A stretch of 64,000 nt of DNA, from assembly GCA_039588295.1 (NCBI GenBank), contig JBDHAB010000006.1, forward strand, positions 64,001-128,000. Direction: 5' to 3'. A program made the translations under genes and the position numbers. Below the pieces are notes generated by a model. It was not told where the DNA came from and did no database searches. It saw only the letters and a program-made list of their open reading frames with translations. Source of the stretch: Gemmatimonadota bacterium. GTDB taxonomy: Bacteria > Gemmatimonadota > Gemmatimonadetes > Gemmatimonadales > GWC2-71-9. Shown piece after piece: positions 10,196 through 21,700 of this stretch (within the stretch, counting starts at the first letter, position 1; every line of letters starts with the position of its first letter).

Positions 10196-12123
10196 CCGAT
10201 TTGCGACCGCAGACGATCTCGGATCTCCGGCACGATCTCCGGACGCCCGTGAATCACATCGTGGGCTATGCCGAGATGCTCCTTGAAGATGCCGTCGAGG
10301 CGAAGCAGGTGGAACGCCGCCAGGCGCTCGAAGTGGCAATTGGTGCGGCACAGGACGTGCTGAGCCTCATCAACACGGCGCTTCCGCCATCGCGTGACGA
10401 GATTCCGCCGCAGGACATCGTCGGCCTGTACGACTCCCTCCGCGAGCCGCAGGGCCGTATCCTCGCGTCGATGCAGCATCTTCTCGCGCAAGTGGGGACC
10501 GCGGACGACGGTCTTCGCAAGGACATCGCACGGATCATTGCTGCCGCCGAACGCATGGTCGAGCGCGGCGCGCCCGGTTCGGCAGTGTCCGAGACCGCGC
10601 AACCGCACGCGACCCAACCCCAGGAGCCGCCTCCACGGGTTGAGGCGGCAGATTCCACGAGCAGTGCGCGTGTGCTCGTTGTAGACGATGTCGACGACAA
10701 CCGCGAGGTGCTGCGCCGTCGCCTCGAGCGTCAGGGCTACGGAGTCGATTCGGCTGCGAATGGACGCGAAGCACTCGAGATGGTGGCGGCAGGTGACTAT
10801 GATCTGATCCTCCTCGACGTACTCATGCCCGAGATCGATGGCTATGGAGTTCTCGGATCCCTCAAGGACACTCCAGGAACGCGTGACATACCGGTCATCA
10901 TGATCTCCGCGCTCGACGATGTGGCGAGTGTCGTGCGGTGTATCGAGCGGGGCGCCGAGGACTATCTGCCGAAACCGTTCGATCCCGTGTTGCTCCGAGC
11001 GCGCATCAGTGCCTGCCTCGAGAAGAAGCGGCTGCGTGATCAGGAGGTGGAATACCTAGAGCGCGTCCAGCAGGTGATCGAAGCCGCCTCCGCGGTGGAG
11101 GCCGGGGAGTATCAGCTCGGCACCTTGGGTGACCTCGCCAACCGTGCGGATGCGTTGGGGAGGCTCGCGCGCGTGTTCGACGGCATGGCCGTGGAGGTCC
11201 GTGCTCGCGAGGAACGGCTCCAAGAGCGTGTGCACGACCTGCGCAGGGAAATCGAGGCGGCGCGAGTGACGGCCCCCAACGGCCATTCCGTCGATGGGGG
11301 GAATCTCAAGACCGGACAGCAGTTCGCTGGAAGGTATGAGATCCTTGCGGTACTGGGGTCTGGTGGGATGGGGTCCGTCTACCATGCACGCGATGTGGAA
11401 CTCGGGGACGAGGTCGCTGTCAAGACGCTCCGGCCGGAACTGGTCACCGATGAAACCCTGATCGAGCGCTTCAAGCTGGAAATCAGGCTCGCCCGCAAGC
11501 TGTCGCACCGCAACGTCGTGCGGACGCACGACCTCGGCCAGTGGGCGGGCGTGTACTACCTGACGATGGAGCTCGTCGAGGGCATTACCGTCCGGCATCT
11601 CATTGACACGCGGGGGCAGCTGGGGGTCTCCGCCTCTCTCGCGATCGGGGCTCAACTCGCTGAGGCGCTCCAGGTCGCCCACGAGCAAGGTGTGATCCAC
11701 CGCGACATCAAGCCGCAGAACCTCCTGCTGGACGCCGACGCGGTGCTCAAGGTGATGGACTTTGGCATCGCGCAGCTGGCCGAACGTACGAGCTCGATTA
11801 CGGAAACCGGACTCACGGTGGGGACACCGGCGTACATGCCGCCGGAACAGCTGCTTGCCGAAGGAGTGGACGGGCGGAGCGACCTCTATGCTGCCGGGGT
11901 CGTGCTGTACGAATGTCTGACCGGGACGATTCCGTTCGAAGCACCATCGCCGATCGCACTCATCGCAAAGGTCTTGAACCAGGAACCCGCGCCACCGGCC
12001 GCGCGCAACCCGGATGTGCCGCCGGCGCTCTCGGCTCTCGTGCAGCAGCTTCTCGCAAAGAAGCCGCAGGACCGGATCCAGTCGGCCGCCGAGCTCGCCT
12101 CGCGACTACACGAACTGCACTAG
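10192..12123 (+). CDS. DHp(HisKA)-like + receiver + coiled-coil + Ser/Thr protein kinase fusion
   Basis: LRHDLRTPVNHIVGY; receiver VVDD...LLDVLMP...KPF; Hanks kinase motifs GSGGMG, VAVK, HRDIKPQN, DFG, GTPAYM. GTGA overlap with the upstream regulator. Confidence 0.88.
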   Translation: MTDLRPQTISDLRHDLRTPVNHIVGYAEMLLEDAVEAKQVERRQALEVAIGAAQDVLSLINTALPPSRDEIPPQDIVGLYDSLREPQGRILASMQHLLAQVGTADDGLRKDIARIIAAAERMVERGAPGSAVSETAQPHATQPQEPPPRVEAADSTSSARVLVVDDVDDNREVLRRRLERQGYGVDSAANGREALEMVAAGDYDLILLDVLMPEIDGYGVLGSLKDTPGTRDIPVIMISALDDVASVVRCIERGAEDYLPKPFDPVLLRARISACLEKKRLRDQEVEYLERVQQVIEAASAVEAGEYQLGTLGDLANRADALGRLARVFDGMAVEVRAREERLQERVHDLRREIEAARVTAPNGHSVDGGNLKTGQQFAGRYEILAVLGSGGMGSVYHARDVELGDEVAVKTLRPELVTDETLIERFKLEIRLARKLSHRNVVRTHDLGQWAGVYYLTMELVEGITVRHLIDTRGQLGVSASLAIGAQLAEALQVAHEQGVIHRDIKPQNLLLDADAVLKVMDFGIAQLAERTSSITETGLTVGTPAYMPPEQLLAEGVDGRSDLYAAGVVLYECLTGTIPFEAPSPIALIAKVLNQEPAPPAARNPDVPPALSALVQQLLAKKPQDRIQSAAELASRLHELH

Positions 12124-12153
12124 GCTGCGTCCGAACTCGGAGTTCGCCGGCGG

Positions 12154-14472
12154 CTAGGACCGCGCGATCGGGGCGCCGAGGCAGGTATTGGGAATGCCGA
12201 ATGCGTCCACCAAGGCCACCGCGTCGGTGCGAACTTCACCGCAGAGCTGGTTCACGAGCCCCCGGATCGCCTTCGCCTTGTTCGATGCGAGGTACCCGCT
12301 CTCCAGAAACCACCCACGGTCGTGTTCGATACGCCAGAGGGCGTAGAGATCGGCCAGGGATTTGAGTATGGGGCCGAACGATTTGTCCTGGTTTGCCGCG
12401 GACGCGATCAGGAACTGCTCGACGATCACTCGTTCGGCGTGGGCGCGCGCCAGGGCGACAAGGTGATCCTGGCAGCTGTTGAACGCCGACAGCGAGTCGT
12501 GTCCGTCGTCGAACAGGCGCTTGAGTCGTTGCGCCGCCGATGCCAGGAGGCGCTGTTCACGGTACGTGAATGCGCCGAGTTGGAAGTCCGGGCCGCGCAG
12601 GTGGTCCTCGTCGGTCAGCCGGGTAATGATCGGGTTCAACTCCGTAACCGTCGTCGCGGTTCGCCGCGCCAGGAACTTGAGGACGCCGAAGAACTTGAGC
12701 TCGCCGAATTGGTGCCGATATTCGGTGAGCAGGCCCTTCGCAACGAGCTGGAGTAGGACGGTGTTGTCGCCCTCGAACGTGGTGAACACATCGGTATCGG
12801 CCTTGAGGTGCGCGAAGCGATTGACCGTGAGGTACCCCTGGCCCCCGCATGCCTCGCGGCACGTCTGAAGGGTATCGATCGTCTGCCAGGTGCTGATCGC
12901 CTTGATCCCGGCCGCCAGCGCTTCCACCTCCCGCGCGTCTTCGTCTGTCCGATCGAGGAACCGCCGCACCAGGTACTTGACGGCGAAGTCGAGCGCATAG
13001 GCGGCTGCGAGGCGTGGCATGAGCCGACGCTGGTGGGTCAGGTAGTCGAGGATTACCTGTTCCGGTTCGCCGGCACGGCCGAATTGCCGACGCTCCGCGC
13101 CGTAGCGGATCGCGATCGCGAGCCCCGATTTGGCAGCGCTCAGCGCCGCCGCTGCGACGCTGATCCGCCCACCGACGAGGGATCCGAGCATGGTGAAGAA
13201 CCTTCGAGAGGGGTCGGCGATCGGGCTGTGGTATTCGCCGCCTGGGCTCACGTCCGCGAAGCGATTCAGCAGGTTCTCGCGCGGGATGCGCACGTGGTCG
13301 AACCAGATCCGCCCATTGTCGACGCCGTTGAGTCCGAGCTTTTCCCCGCAGTCCTCGATTCGCACTCCCGGCAGTTGGTCGCCGTCTTCCGAGCGGATGG
13401 GCACGACGAACGCGTGTACCCCGTGGTGCTCCTCGTCTATTTCGAGTTGGGCGAACACCGTGGCGAGACGACCATGGAGCGCTGCATTCCCAATGTAGTC
13501 CTTCCGCGCCTCGTCGGTCGGTGTGTGGATCACGAACTCGTCGCTGCCGATGTCGAACCGCGCGACGGTTTCGACATCGCGCACGTTGGAGCCGTGACCC
13601 GTCTCAGTCATGGCGAAACAGCCTGGCAGGTCGAGGGTTCCGGCGGCGTGGAGGTAGCGATCGTGGTGGTCACGCGTGCCCAGCTGGTGGATACTGCCGC
13701 CGAACAACCCGAACTGGACGCCGAACTTGACGACGAGGCTGAGGTCAAAGAAGGCGAGTTGCTCGAACGTGGCGATGAACGACCCGAGGTCGTCTCTCCC
13801 GCCGTACGCCGCTGGGTAAGCGGTGGCGCCGAGGCTGTGGCCGGCAAGTGTGCGGCACCACTCCAGGACGCGCTCGCGGTAGGTTGCCTTGTCGAGTCCG
13901 TACGCATAGCGAAAGGAAGCCTTCCCTAGCAGAGAACGGACCGCCTGCCGCGCCTCTCCATATTCCCCATCCAATACTCCCGTCAAGCCTGCCACATCGA
14001 ATCGGCGGGGCTCCTCCGGGGGCACGACGCGCTCCGGCGCCGCGGCAACCAGCTCCTGTGAGGCCTCGGTCCCGATCACGCCCATGGCACGCTCAATCTC
14101 GGCGAGGGCGTGTTGCGCCTCCTCCGTCTCCCAATCGCCAAGATCTTCTGCGCCCTGGCGTGCCAGCTCGATCCCCAACTCTGCCAGCGATCGCCGCCGC
14201 GCACTTGGCAGGCGTCGGGCGAGTCGTCGAATCGTCCCTAAGAGGTGCTGGAGCTCTCGCGCCGTCGGCGGCGACTGAGGGTCCAGCCAGGCACGGATGA
14301 CGCGTTGCACATCGGCGCCGAGCCAGCCCTGTTTGGCCACGATCTCCGAGATCACCTGCATCTCGCTCATGGTGAGCGTGCAGTCCGCCCATGCCACGTA
14401 GATCAGGGGAAGCAGGGGGAGGAGAGCGGGGTCAATCCGATCCGGCATGCGTGGTGGGTGTTCCTGCGCCAT
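12154..14472 (-). CDS. Acyl-CoA oxidase/dehydrogenase family protein with an N-terminal helical extension
   Basis: GCFAMTETGHGSNV, KDYIGN, GLNGVDNG, CREACGGQGY, TFEGDNTVL. Start codon uncertain (14448-14550). Confidence 0.88.
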   Translation of the reverse strand: MAQEHPPRMPDRIDPALLPLLPLIYVAWADCTLTMSEMQVISEIVAKQGWLGADVQRVIRAWLDPQSPPTARELQHLLGTIRRLARRLPSARRRSLAELGIELARQGAEDLGDWETEEAQHALAEIERAMGVIGTEASQELVAAAPERVVPPEEPRRFDVAGLTGVLDGEYGEARQAVRSLLGKASFRYAYGLDKATYRERVLEWCRTLAGHSLGATAYPAAYGGRDDLGSFIATFEQLAFFDLSLVVKFGVQFGLFGGSIHQLGTRDHHDRYLHAAGTLDLPGCFAMTETGHGSNVRDVETVARFDIGSDEFVIHTPTDEARKDYIGNAALHGRLATVFAQLEIDEEHHGVHAFVVPIRSEDGDQLPGVRIEDCGEKLGLNGVDNGRIWFDHVRIPRENLLNRFADVSPGGEYHSPIADPSRRFFTMLGSLVGGRISVAAAALSAAKSGLAIAIRYGAERRQFGRAGEPEQVILDYLTHQRRLMPRLAAAYALDFAVKYLVRRFLDRTDEDAREVEALAAGIKAISTWQTIDTLQTCREACGGQGYLTVNRFAHLKADTDVFTTFEGDNTVLLQLVAKGLLTEYRHQFGELKFFGVLKFLARRTATTVTELNPIITRLTDEDHLRGPDFQLGAFTYREQRLLASAAQRLKRLFDDGHDSLSAFNSCQDHLVALARAHAERVIVEQFLIASAANQDKSFGPILKSLADLYALWRIEHDRGWFLESGYLASNKAKAIRGLVNQLCGEVRTDAVALVDAFGIPNTCLGAPIARS

Positions 14473-14577
14473 GTGCGTGCTCCGTTCCGTCATCGCCGTG
14501 GAGATAGCCCGGTCACCTGGCCTACGATACGCGTGGACCGTATTGTACACCGTCGATCGATTCGGAGACTATGGCAC

Positions 14578-16815
14578 GTGCCCGAGTTGTTGCAACAGGT
14601 CAAGCTTGCCCTCGCCAGCCGTTATGCTGTTGAGCGGGCCCTCGGCCAGGGGGGGATGGCGAGCGTGTTTCTCGCCGAAGACTTGAAGCACGGGCGGCAG
14701 GTGGCCGTCAAGGTCATCCGACCGGAACTCACGCTGACCATCGGGATGGACCGGTTTCTACGGGAGATCGGCATCGCCTCGCGTCTCAGCCACCCGCACA
14801 TCCTTCCCGTGTACGATTCCGGTGAGGCGTCCCGGCTCATGTATTACGTGATGCCCTACGTTGCCGGCGAGTCCCTCCGCATGCTGCTGGACCGGGTTAC
14901 GCGGCTGGAGGTGGATGAGGCGGTACAGATCGCGTCGGAGGTGGCTGGGGCGTTGGCCCACGCGCATGCGCACCACGTGATTCATCGCGACATCAAACCG
15001 GCGAACATTCTTCTCTCAGACGGGCATGCGGTCGTCGTGGATTTCGGCGTTGCACGGGCGATCGGCGATGTGGGGAGAGAGTCGATTACGGCACCGGGCA
15101 TCGCCGTGGGTACGCCGTCGTACATGAGTCCCGAGCAGGCGAGTGGTGAGCGGCAGCTCGACGGTCGCAGTGACATCTACTCGCTTGGCTGTGTGCTCTT
15201 TGAGATGCTGGTCGGCGAGCCACCGTATACGGGCCCCAGCACTCACGCGGTGATTGCGAAGTGCTTCTCGCAGCCGACGCCGTCCGCCCGTGCGGAGCGC
15301 CGCAAAGTACCGATCCACGTCGACCGCGCGATTGCCCGAGCGCTCGCGAAGGTTCCGGCCGAGCGCTTCTCGACCGCGACCGAGTTCGCCGACGCACTGT
15401 CCGATCCGGGTGCCCTGCCGCCACCGCCGGCTCCGACGTCCATCGCGGTCCTGCCGTTCGTCAACCTACAGGGCGATCAGGAAGACGACTACCTGAGCGA
15501 CGGCATCACTGAAGAGATCATCAGCGCTCTGAGCAAGCTGCAAGGCCTGCGGGTAGCAGCCCGGACCTCCTCGTTCGCCTATAAGGGCACGTCTGAGAGC
15601 ATACCCCGCATCGGCACCGAGCTCGGGGTTGCTGCGGTGCTGGACGGCACCGTTCGCCGTTCGGGTGACCGTCTGCGCGTGTCCGCGCAGCTCACGAACG
15701 TGAGCGAAGGATATCCGCTCTGGGCCGAGCAGTTTGATCGGGAGATGGAGGATGTATTTGCGATCCAGGACGAGATCGCCGGGGCGATTGTCGCGACCCT
15801 GAAGGGGCGCCTGGCGGCCGAGCGGCGCGAGCGCATCGTGAAACGCTACACGGAGAATGTCGAGGCGTACGAGCTGTACCTCAAGGGGCGTTATGTCGAG
15901 AAGACTCGGCGGCCGGCGGGGTTTGCCAAGGGAATCGAGTACTTCGAGCAAGCGATCGCCAAGGACCCCCATTACGCCCTCGCGCATGCAGGACTGGCCG
16001 ACTCGCACACCCTGCTTGCGTGGTACCGGTTCCTCGCTCCCCACGAGGCGTTTCCCAAAGCGAACATCGCTGCGATGCGTGCGCTCGATATCGACGAGCT
16101 TCTACCCGAGGCGCATACGGCGCAGGCTCAGGTCAGATTCTACTACGAGTGGGATTGGAATGGTGCGGAGCGGGCATTCTCCCGCGCCCTGGAGCTGAAC
16201 CCGAACGACGCGACGGCCCTCCACCTGTATGCGGAGTACCTCGCGTCCCAGCGCCGCCTGAACGAGGCATTGGCCCACGTGCAGCGCGGTCACATGCTGG
16301 AGCCACTGTCGCCGACGATCAACGCCGGCCTGGGGTGGATGCACTACTTCTGTCGGGATTATGGACAGGCGATTGAGCACTTTCGCAGCACGCTGGAGCT
16401 GGATCCCGAGTACGTCTTTCTGCACTGGTTTCTCGGCCAATGCTACCTGTTGAGCGGGGAGTATGATACGGCCGTCGACACGCTGCGCCGTGGGCTGGAG
16501 GTGAGCGACGGCCATCCCGGCATGGCGGCGTATCTGTCGTACGCCTGCGGTCGGGCCGGCGACCGCGCGGAGGCCTCAGTGTTGCTGGATTCCCTCGTGC
16601 AGCAGGCCGTCGAGCACTATGTCCCGAGTGATTACCTCGCCGTTGCGCATGTGGGTCTCGGACAACTGGACGACGCGATTCGCTGGCTGGAGCGCGCATG
16701 CCGGGAGCGCGCACTGCATCTCGTGTTTCTCGATGTCGACCCGCTGTTCGACGAGCTCCGAGCGGACGAGCGCTTCACCCGAATCCTGCAGAACCTTGGA
16801 CTGAAGCGAGGCTAG
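14578..16815 (+). CDS. Ser/Thr protein kinase with TolB-N-like domain and TPR repeats
   Basis: GQGGMA, HRDIKPAN, DFG, GTPSYMSPEQ; SIAVLPFVNL...SDGITEEII; TPRs. The real start is probably GTG 14578, because the longer ORF overlaps the divergent gene. Confidence 0.9.
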   Translation: MPELLQQVKLALASRYAVERALGQGGMASVFLAEDLKHGRQVAVKVIRPELTLTIGMDRFLREIGIASRLSHPHILPVYDSGEASRLMYYVMPYVAGESLRMLLDRVTRLEVDEAVQIASEVAGALAHAHAHHVIHRDIKPANILLSDGHAVVVDFGVARAIGDVGRESITAPGIAVGTPSYMSPEQASGERQLDGRSDIYSLGCVLFEMLVGEPPYTGPSTHAVIAKCFSQPTPSARAERRKVPIHVDRAIARALAKVPAERFSTATEFADALSDPGALPPPPAPTSIAVLPFVNLQGDQEDDYLSDGITEEIISALSKLQGLRVAARTSSFAYKGTSESIPRIGTELGVAAVLDGTVRRSGDRLRVSAQLTNVSEGYPLWAEQFDREMEDVFAIQDEIAGAIVATLKGRLAAERRERIVKRYTENVEAYELYLKGRYVEKTRRPAGFAKGIEYFEQAIAKDPHYALAHAGLADSHTLLAWYRFLAPHEAFPKANIAAMRALDIDELLPEAHTAQAQVRFYYEWDWNGAERAFSRALELNPNDATALHLYAEYLASQRRLNEALAHVQRGHMLEPLSPTINAGLGWMHYFCRDYGQAIEHFRSTLELDPEYVFLHWFLGQCYLLSGEYDTAVDTLRRGLEVSDGHPGMAAYLSYACGRAGDRAEASVLLDSLVQQAVEHYVPSDYLAVAHVGLGQLDDAIRWLERACRERALHLVFLDVDPLFDELRADERFTRILQNLGLKRG

Positions 16816-16817
16816 GG

Positions 16818-17918
16818 ATGCCGATACGCGCGGTGGTCATGACGCGACCCGAAACGCCATTGGAGCAATGGGATCTCGACGATCCGCTGCTGGAGGATGG
16901 AAGCATGCTTCTCGAGACGGTCGCGAGCGAGGTGTGCGGGACGGACGTGCACCTGTACCACGGTCGTCTCGAAGGGGTGCCGTACCCGATCGTACCGGGC
17001 CACGTGAGTGTCGGGCGCATTCTCGAGTTGCAGGGTGTCGACCACGACGCCATGGGGCAGCCACTGCGTGTCGGAGACGAGGTCACGTTCTACGACGTCC
17101 ACGAGGTGTGTAACGCCTGCTACCATTGCACCGTGGTGCAGCAGCCGAACCGGTGTCCCAGTCGCCGAGTTTACGGGATCACGTACTCCGCGACCGAGGG
17201 TCCGTTGGGTGGTTGGGCCGAGCGGATCTATCTCAAGCCGGGTGTGCGGGCGCTCAGGCTACCCGAGGGGCTCACGTCGGACGACGTCATCGGCGGTGGG
17301 TGCGGGCTCTTTACGGGGTTTGCGGCGGTGGAGCGAAGCGATCTCGCGATGGGCGACTTCGTCGTGGTACAGGGTGCCGGTCCCGTCGGGCTGGGCGCGG
17401 CGGCGTTTGCAGCGCTCAGGGGCGCGCATACGGTTGCCCTGATCGGTGCGCCACAGGCGCGACTCGACCTGGCGAAAAAGTTGGGTGCGGACGTGGTCCT
17501 TTCGTTGGACCGGCCCATGGAAGAGCGTGCCGCCGTGGTGCGGTCCCTCACGTCGGGCCGCGGGGCAGACGTGATCATCGAGGCAAGCGGGAACCCACTG
17601 GCCATCACCGAGGCACTCGAGCTCTTGCGCGACGGCGGAACCTACGTCGTCGGCGGGCACTACACCGATACCGGGACGGTCGCGATCAACCCGCATACCC
17701 ACATCAATCGGCGCCACGCGAACATCCTCGGCCAGTGGGGCACGGATTTTCGGCACATCGTCCGAGCGCTGCGCCTCCTGGCCAAGCACCGGGACCGCCT
17801 GCGGTTCAGTCAGATCATCGGTGCACGATATGGGTTGGCGCAGGCGGAGAATGCTCTGCAGGATGTCGCGGCGCTACGCGTGACCAAGGCGATCATCGAC
17901 CCCTCGCTCGGGCGGTGA
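16818..17918 (+). CDS. Zinc-binding alcohol dehydrogenase (MDR family)
   Basis: VCGTD, structural-zinc CNAC..C...C, GAGPVG. The usual GHE motif reads GHV. Confidence 0.88.
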   Translation: MPIRAVVMTRPETPLEQWDLDDPLLEDGSMLLETVASEVCGTDVHLYHGRLEGVPYPIVPGHVSVGRILELQGVDHDAMGQPLRVGDEVTFYDVHEVCNACYHCTVVQQPNRCPSRRVYGITYSATEGPLGGWAERIYLKPGVRALRLPEGLTSDDVIGGGCGLFTGFAAVERSDLAMGDFVVVQGAGPVGLGAAAFAALRGAHTVALIGAPQARLDLAKKLGADVVLSLDRPMEERAAVVRSLTSGRGADVIIEASGNPLAITEALELLRDGGTYVVGGHYTDTGTVAINPHTHINRRHANILGQWGTDFRHIVRALRLLAKHRDRLRFSQIIGARYGLAQAENALQDVAALRVTKAIIDPSLGR

Positions 17919-17935
17919 GTCTCCAGTTCGCGACG

Positions 17936-18589
17936 CTACGGATAGAGGCGTTCCAAGGCCCAGCCTGACTCTGTCCTCGTGTACCGCAGCCGGTCGTGCA
18001 GTCGATTGAGGCGGCCCTGCCAGAACTCGATCCGGTCGGGACGCAAGCGAAACCCGCCCCAGAAGGGGGGCAAGGGAACGTTCTCCCCCTTGAACTTGTC
18101 CTCGTACTTGCGAAACTGGTCGTCGAGCACGGTACGGCTTTCGAGCGGGCGACTTTGTTGGGAGGCCCAGGCTCCGATGCGGCTTCCGCGCGCCCGGCTC
18201 CGAAAATAGGTCTCGGACTCCTCCGGCGTGATTCGCTCGACCAGGCCCTCCGCGCGCACCTGACGTTCGAGGACCGACCAGTAGAAGATCAACGCCGCCC
18301 GGGGGTTGGCGAGCAGCTCGTCGCTCTTCCGGCTCTCGTAGTTGGTGTAGAATACGAACCCCCGCTGATCGATACCCTTGAGGAGCATCATGCGCGCGGA
18401 GGGTACGCCGTCCGTAGTAGCAGTGGCAAGAGCCACGCTCTCGGGGAGGAAGATGCCGGCCCGCTTCGCGTCCTCGAACCATTCCGTGAACATCACAATC
18501 GGATCCTCCGCCGCGGTCAGCTCGGAGATCCCCTTGACGACTCCTCGTCCGAGGGTGAACAGCGCGCGGATATTCGATCGTAGCGACAT
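17936..18589 (-). CDS. pdxH: Pyridoxamine 5'-phosphate oxidase
   Basis: PSARMMLLK, FYTNYESRK, RQVR, IEFWQGR..RLHDR, RLYP. Confidence 0.96.
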   Translation of the reverse strand: MSLRSNIRALFTLGRGVVKGISELTAAEDPIVMFTEWFEDAKRAGIFLPESVALATATTDGVPSARMMLLKGIDQRGFVFYTNYESRKSDELLANPRAALIFYWSVLERQVRAEGLVERITPEESETYFRSRARGSRIGAWASQQSRPLESRTVLDDQFRKYEDKFKGENVPLPPFWGGFRLRPDRIEFWQGRLNRLHDRLRYTRTESGWALERLYP

Positions 18590-18798
18590 GGATCGGTACT
18601 CGTGTTAGGCTCTGGGTTCGGGCAGCCGAAAGGAACTCGATGCCACGCTATGCGGCAAGGTGTCGAGTGATCGCTTTCCGAGTGGCGGCGTCTCGTCCGC
18701 GTGCTATCGTTATCGAGTAGCTCCTCGCAAGTCTGGCGAATCGGGGGACAATGGTCCCTTGAAGATTCCGTGAAGTCGTGCTCACAGGAGGTTCTGCA

Positions 18799-21700
18799 AT
18801 GCGAACGCTTGGTCTGGTGGTTGGATGCTGGCTGACACTGAGCTTGACCGCCCACGATCTCATTGGGCAAGCAGGAGCACGGTTGCTGCGGCAGCCCACG
18901 GTCAGCGAGACGTCCATTGCTTTTGCGTATGCCAACGATCTCTGGGTCGTCCCGCGGACGGGGGGTGCGGCTCGCCGCCTCACGACGTTCCCGGGGTCGG
19001 AGACCGATCCCCACTTCTCGCCTGATGGCAGCCTGATCGCGTTCAGTGCCCAGTACGATGGCAACCCCGATGTGTTTGTCGTTTCCACGAGCGGCGGTGC
19101 CCCGACCCGGCTCACGTGGCATCCCGGCGGCGATGTCGTGCGGGGATGGGCTCCAGATGGCTCGCGCGTTGTCTTTGCATCAGGACGGACCACTGCCCCC
19201 GTGCCGTACTCCATGCTGTGGACCGTGTCCGTCAATGGCGGTATGGCGGACCCCATGCTGCTGCCGAGGGCGTATGCGGGTGAGCACTCCCCAGATGGCA
19301 GCCGGTTTGCGTATCAGGAGCTATCGCGGCCGAACACGCAGTGGCGCAACTACCGGGGTGGTCAGACACAACCGATTCGAGTGATCGAGTTGGACGACGC
19401 TGAGGTCGAGAAACTGCCGTGGGACAACTCCAACGACAGCGATCCCGTCTGGATCGGCAACACCGTCTACTTCTTGTCGGACCGCGACTGGGCGATCAAC
19501 CTGTACGCCTATGATATGGAGTCGCGTTCGCTTGAGCAGCTCACGCGGTTCGTCGACTATGACGTGAAGAACTTGGATGCCGGTGGAGGTGTGCTGGTGT
19601 TCGAGCAGGCCGGCCAGATCCACCTCTACGATCCGGCGACACGCACATCCAGCGCTGTCGACATTCGGGTGCATGGCGACTTCCCCTGGCTGCGGCCCCA
19701 CTGGGAGAGTGTCGGCCGTGCGCTGCGCAACCCGGAGCTCTCACCCTCGGGCGCGCGCGCCGTGTTCGAGGCGCGGGGCGAGATCGTCACGGTTCCCGCT
19801 GAGAAAGGCGATTACCGAAATCTCACGAACACGCCGGGCACGGCGGACCGGACCCCGTCTTGGTCGGCCGATGGCGAGCACATCGCGTGGTTCTCGGATG
19901 CAAGTGGTGAATACCGCCTGATGATCGGTGATCAGAAAGGACTGGAAACACCCCGCGAGATCGAACTCCCGAACCCGACCTTCTACTACACGCCATCGTG
20001 GTCTCCGGACTCGAAGTACATCACCTTTACCGACGCGGACCTCAACCTGTGGTACGCGATTGTCGAGAGCGGGAATGTGACGCGTATCGACACGGATCAG
20101 TTTGCGCACCCACAGCGCACCATGGATCCGGTGTGGTCACCAGACTCGAAGTGGATCGCGTACGCCAAGCGGCTGGACAGCCAATTCCATGCGGTGTTCG
20201 CGTATTCGCTGGATCAAGGGGAGTCGCATCAGCTCACAGACGGCCTGTCGGATGCGCTGAGTCCAGCGTGGGACAAGAGCGGGAAGTACCTGTACTTCAT
20301 GGCGAGCACCGACTTCGGTCTGAACGTCGGGTGGCTCGATATGACTTCCTACGAGCGGCCAGTCGAGCGTGGCATCTACCTGGCGGTGCTTCGTGCCGAC
20401 GAACCTTCGCCGTTACTGCCCGAGAGCGACGAGGAAGAGCCCAAAGAAGAGGAGGGGGAGGGAGAGGAGCAAGCAGACGATGAAGACCAGCAGGATGACG
20501 CGACGGTCCGAATCGATCTTGCGGGCTTTGACCAGCGAATCCTCGCAATCGACGTGCCGGAGCGCAACTACGTGGGGATCATCGCGGGCCCGGAAGGCGT
20601 CATTTTCTACGCAGAGCCGCGCCAGAACGAACAAGGGTTTGTGCTCCATCGGTACGATCTCGAGGAGCGCGAGGCGGAGCCCTTCCTGGAAGGAATTCAG
20701 GCCGCCACGATCTCTGCGGACGGCAAGAAGCTGTTGTACAGCGCGAACGGCCAGTGGGGAATCGTGGCGACAGATGCCGGCAAGAAGAACGTCGGTGACG
20801 GGAAGATCGACACTGGTGTTCGCATGAAGGTCGACCCGCGGGCCGAGTGGCAACAGATGTTCCGCGAGGCCTGGCGGTTTCAGCGAGACTACCTCTACGT
20901 AGAGAACACGCACGGGGCCGATTGGGAGGCTGTCTGGGAACGCTACCACCCGTGGCTCGAGCACGTGGCGCATCGATCGGACTTCACGTACCTGCTCCGG
21001 AACTTGGCAGGGGAACTCTCCATCGGACACTCGTATGCGTTCGGGGGTGATTTCCCCGATGTCGAGACGGTCCCGATTGGTCTCCTCGGAGCGGACGTGG
21101 AGATCGATCAAGGGCGGTATCGCCTCACGCGGATCTATACGGGTGAGAACTGGAATCCCGACCTGCGGGCGCCTCTCAGCGCACCGGGCATCGACGTCTC
21201 CGTCGGTGACTACGTCATGGCTGTGAACGGTGCGGACGTGGTGGGGCCCGTCAACTTCTACAGCTACTTCGAAGGGACCGCGGACCGGCAAACCGTCCTC
21301 GCGGTGAACGATCGCCCATCGATGGATGGCGCTCGGACGGTGACCGTCGTGCCGGTGCCCAACGAGGTACAACTGCGTCGCCGTGCCTGGGTCGAAGGCA
21401 ATCGCCGTAGAGTGGACGAGCTCTCGGGTGGCCGACTCGCGTACGTTTGGCTCCCCAATACAGCGACCGCCGGCTACGACTACTTCAACCGTTATTACTT
21501 CGCCCAGCAGCACAAGCAGGGAGCGGTCATCGACGAGCGCTTCAACGGTGGCGGCTCGGCCGCGGACTACATGGTTGAGCTGATGGGCCGAAGACTGACG
21601 GGGTTCTTCAACAATCCCATCGGTGATCGCAAGCCGTGGAGAAATCCAAACGCCGGCATCTTCGGACCGAAGGTGATGATCATCAACGAATCGGCTGGAT

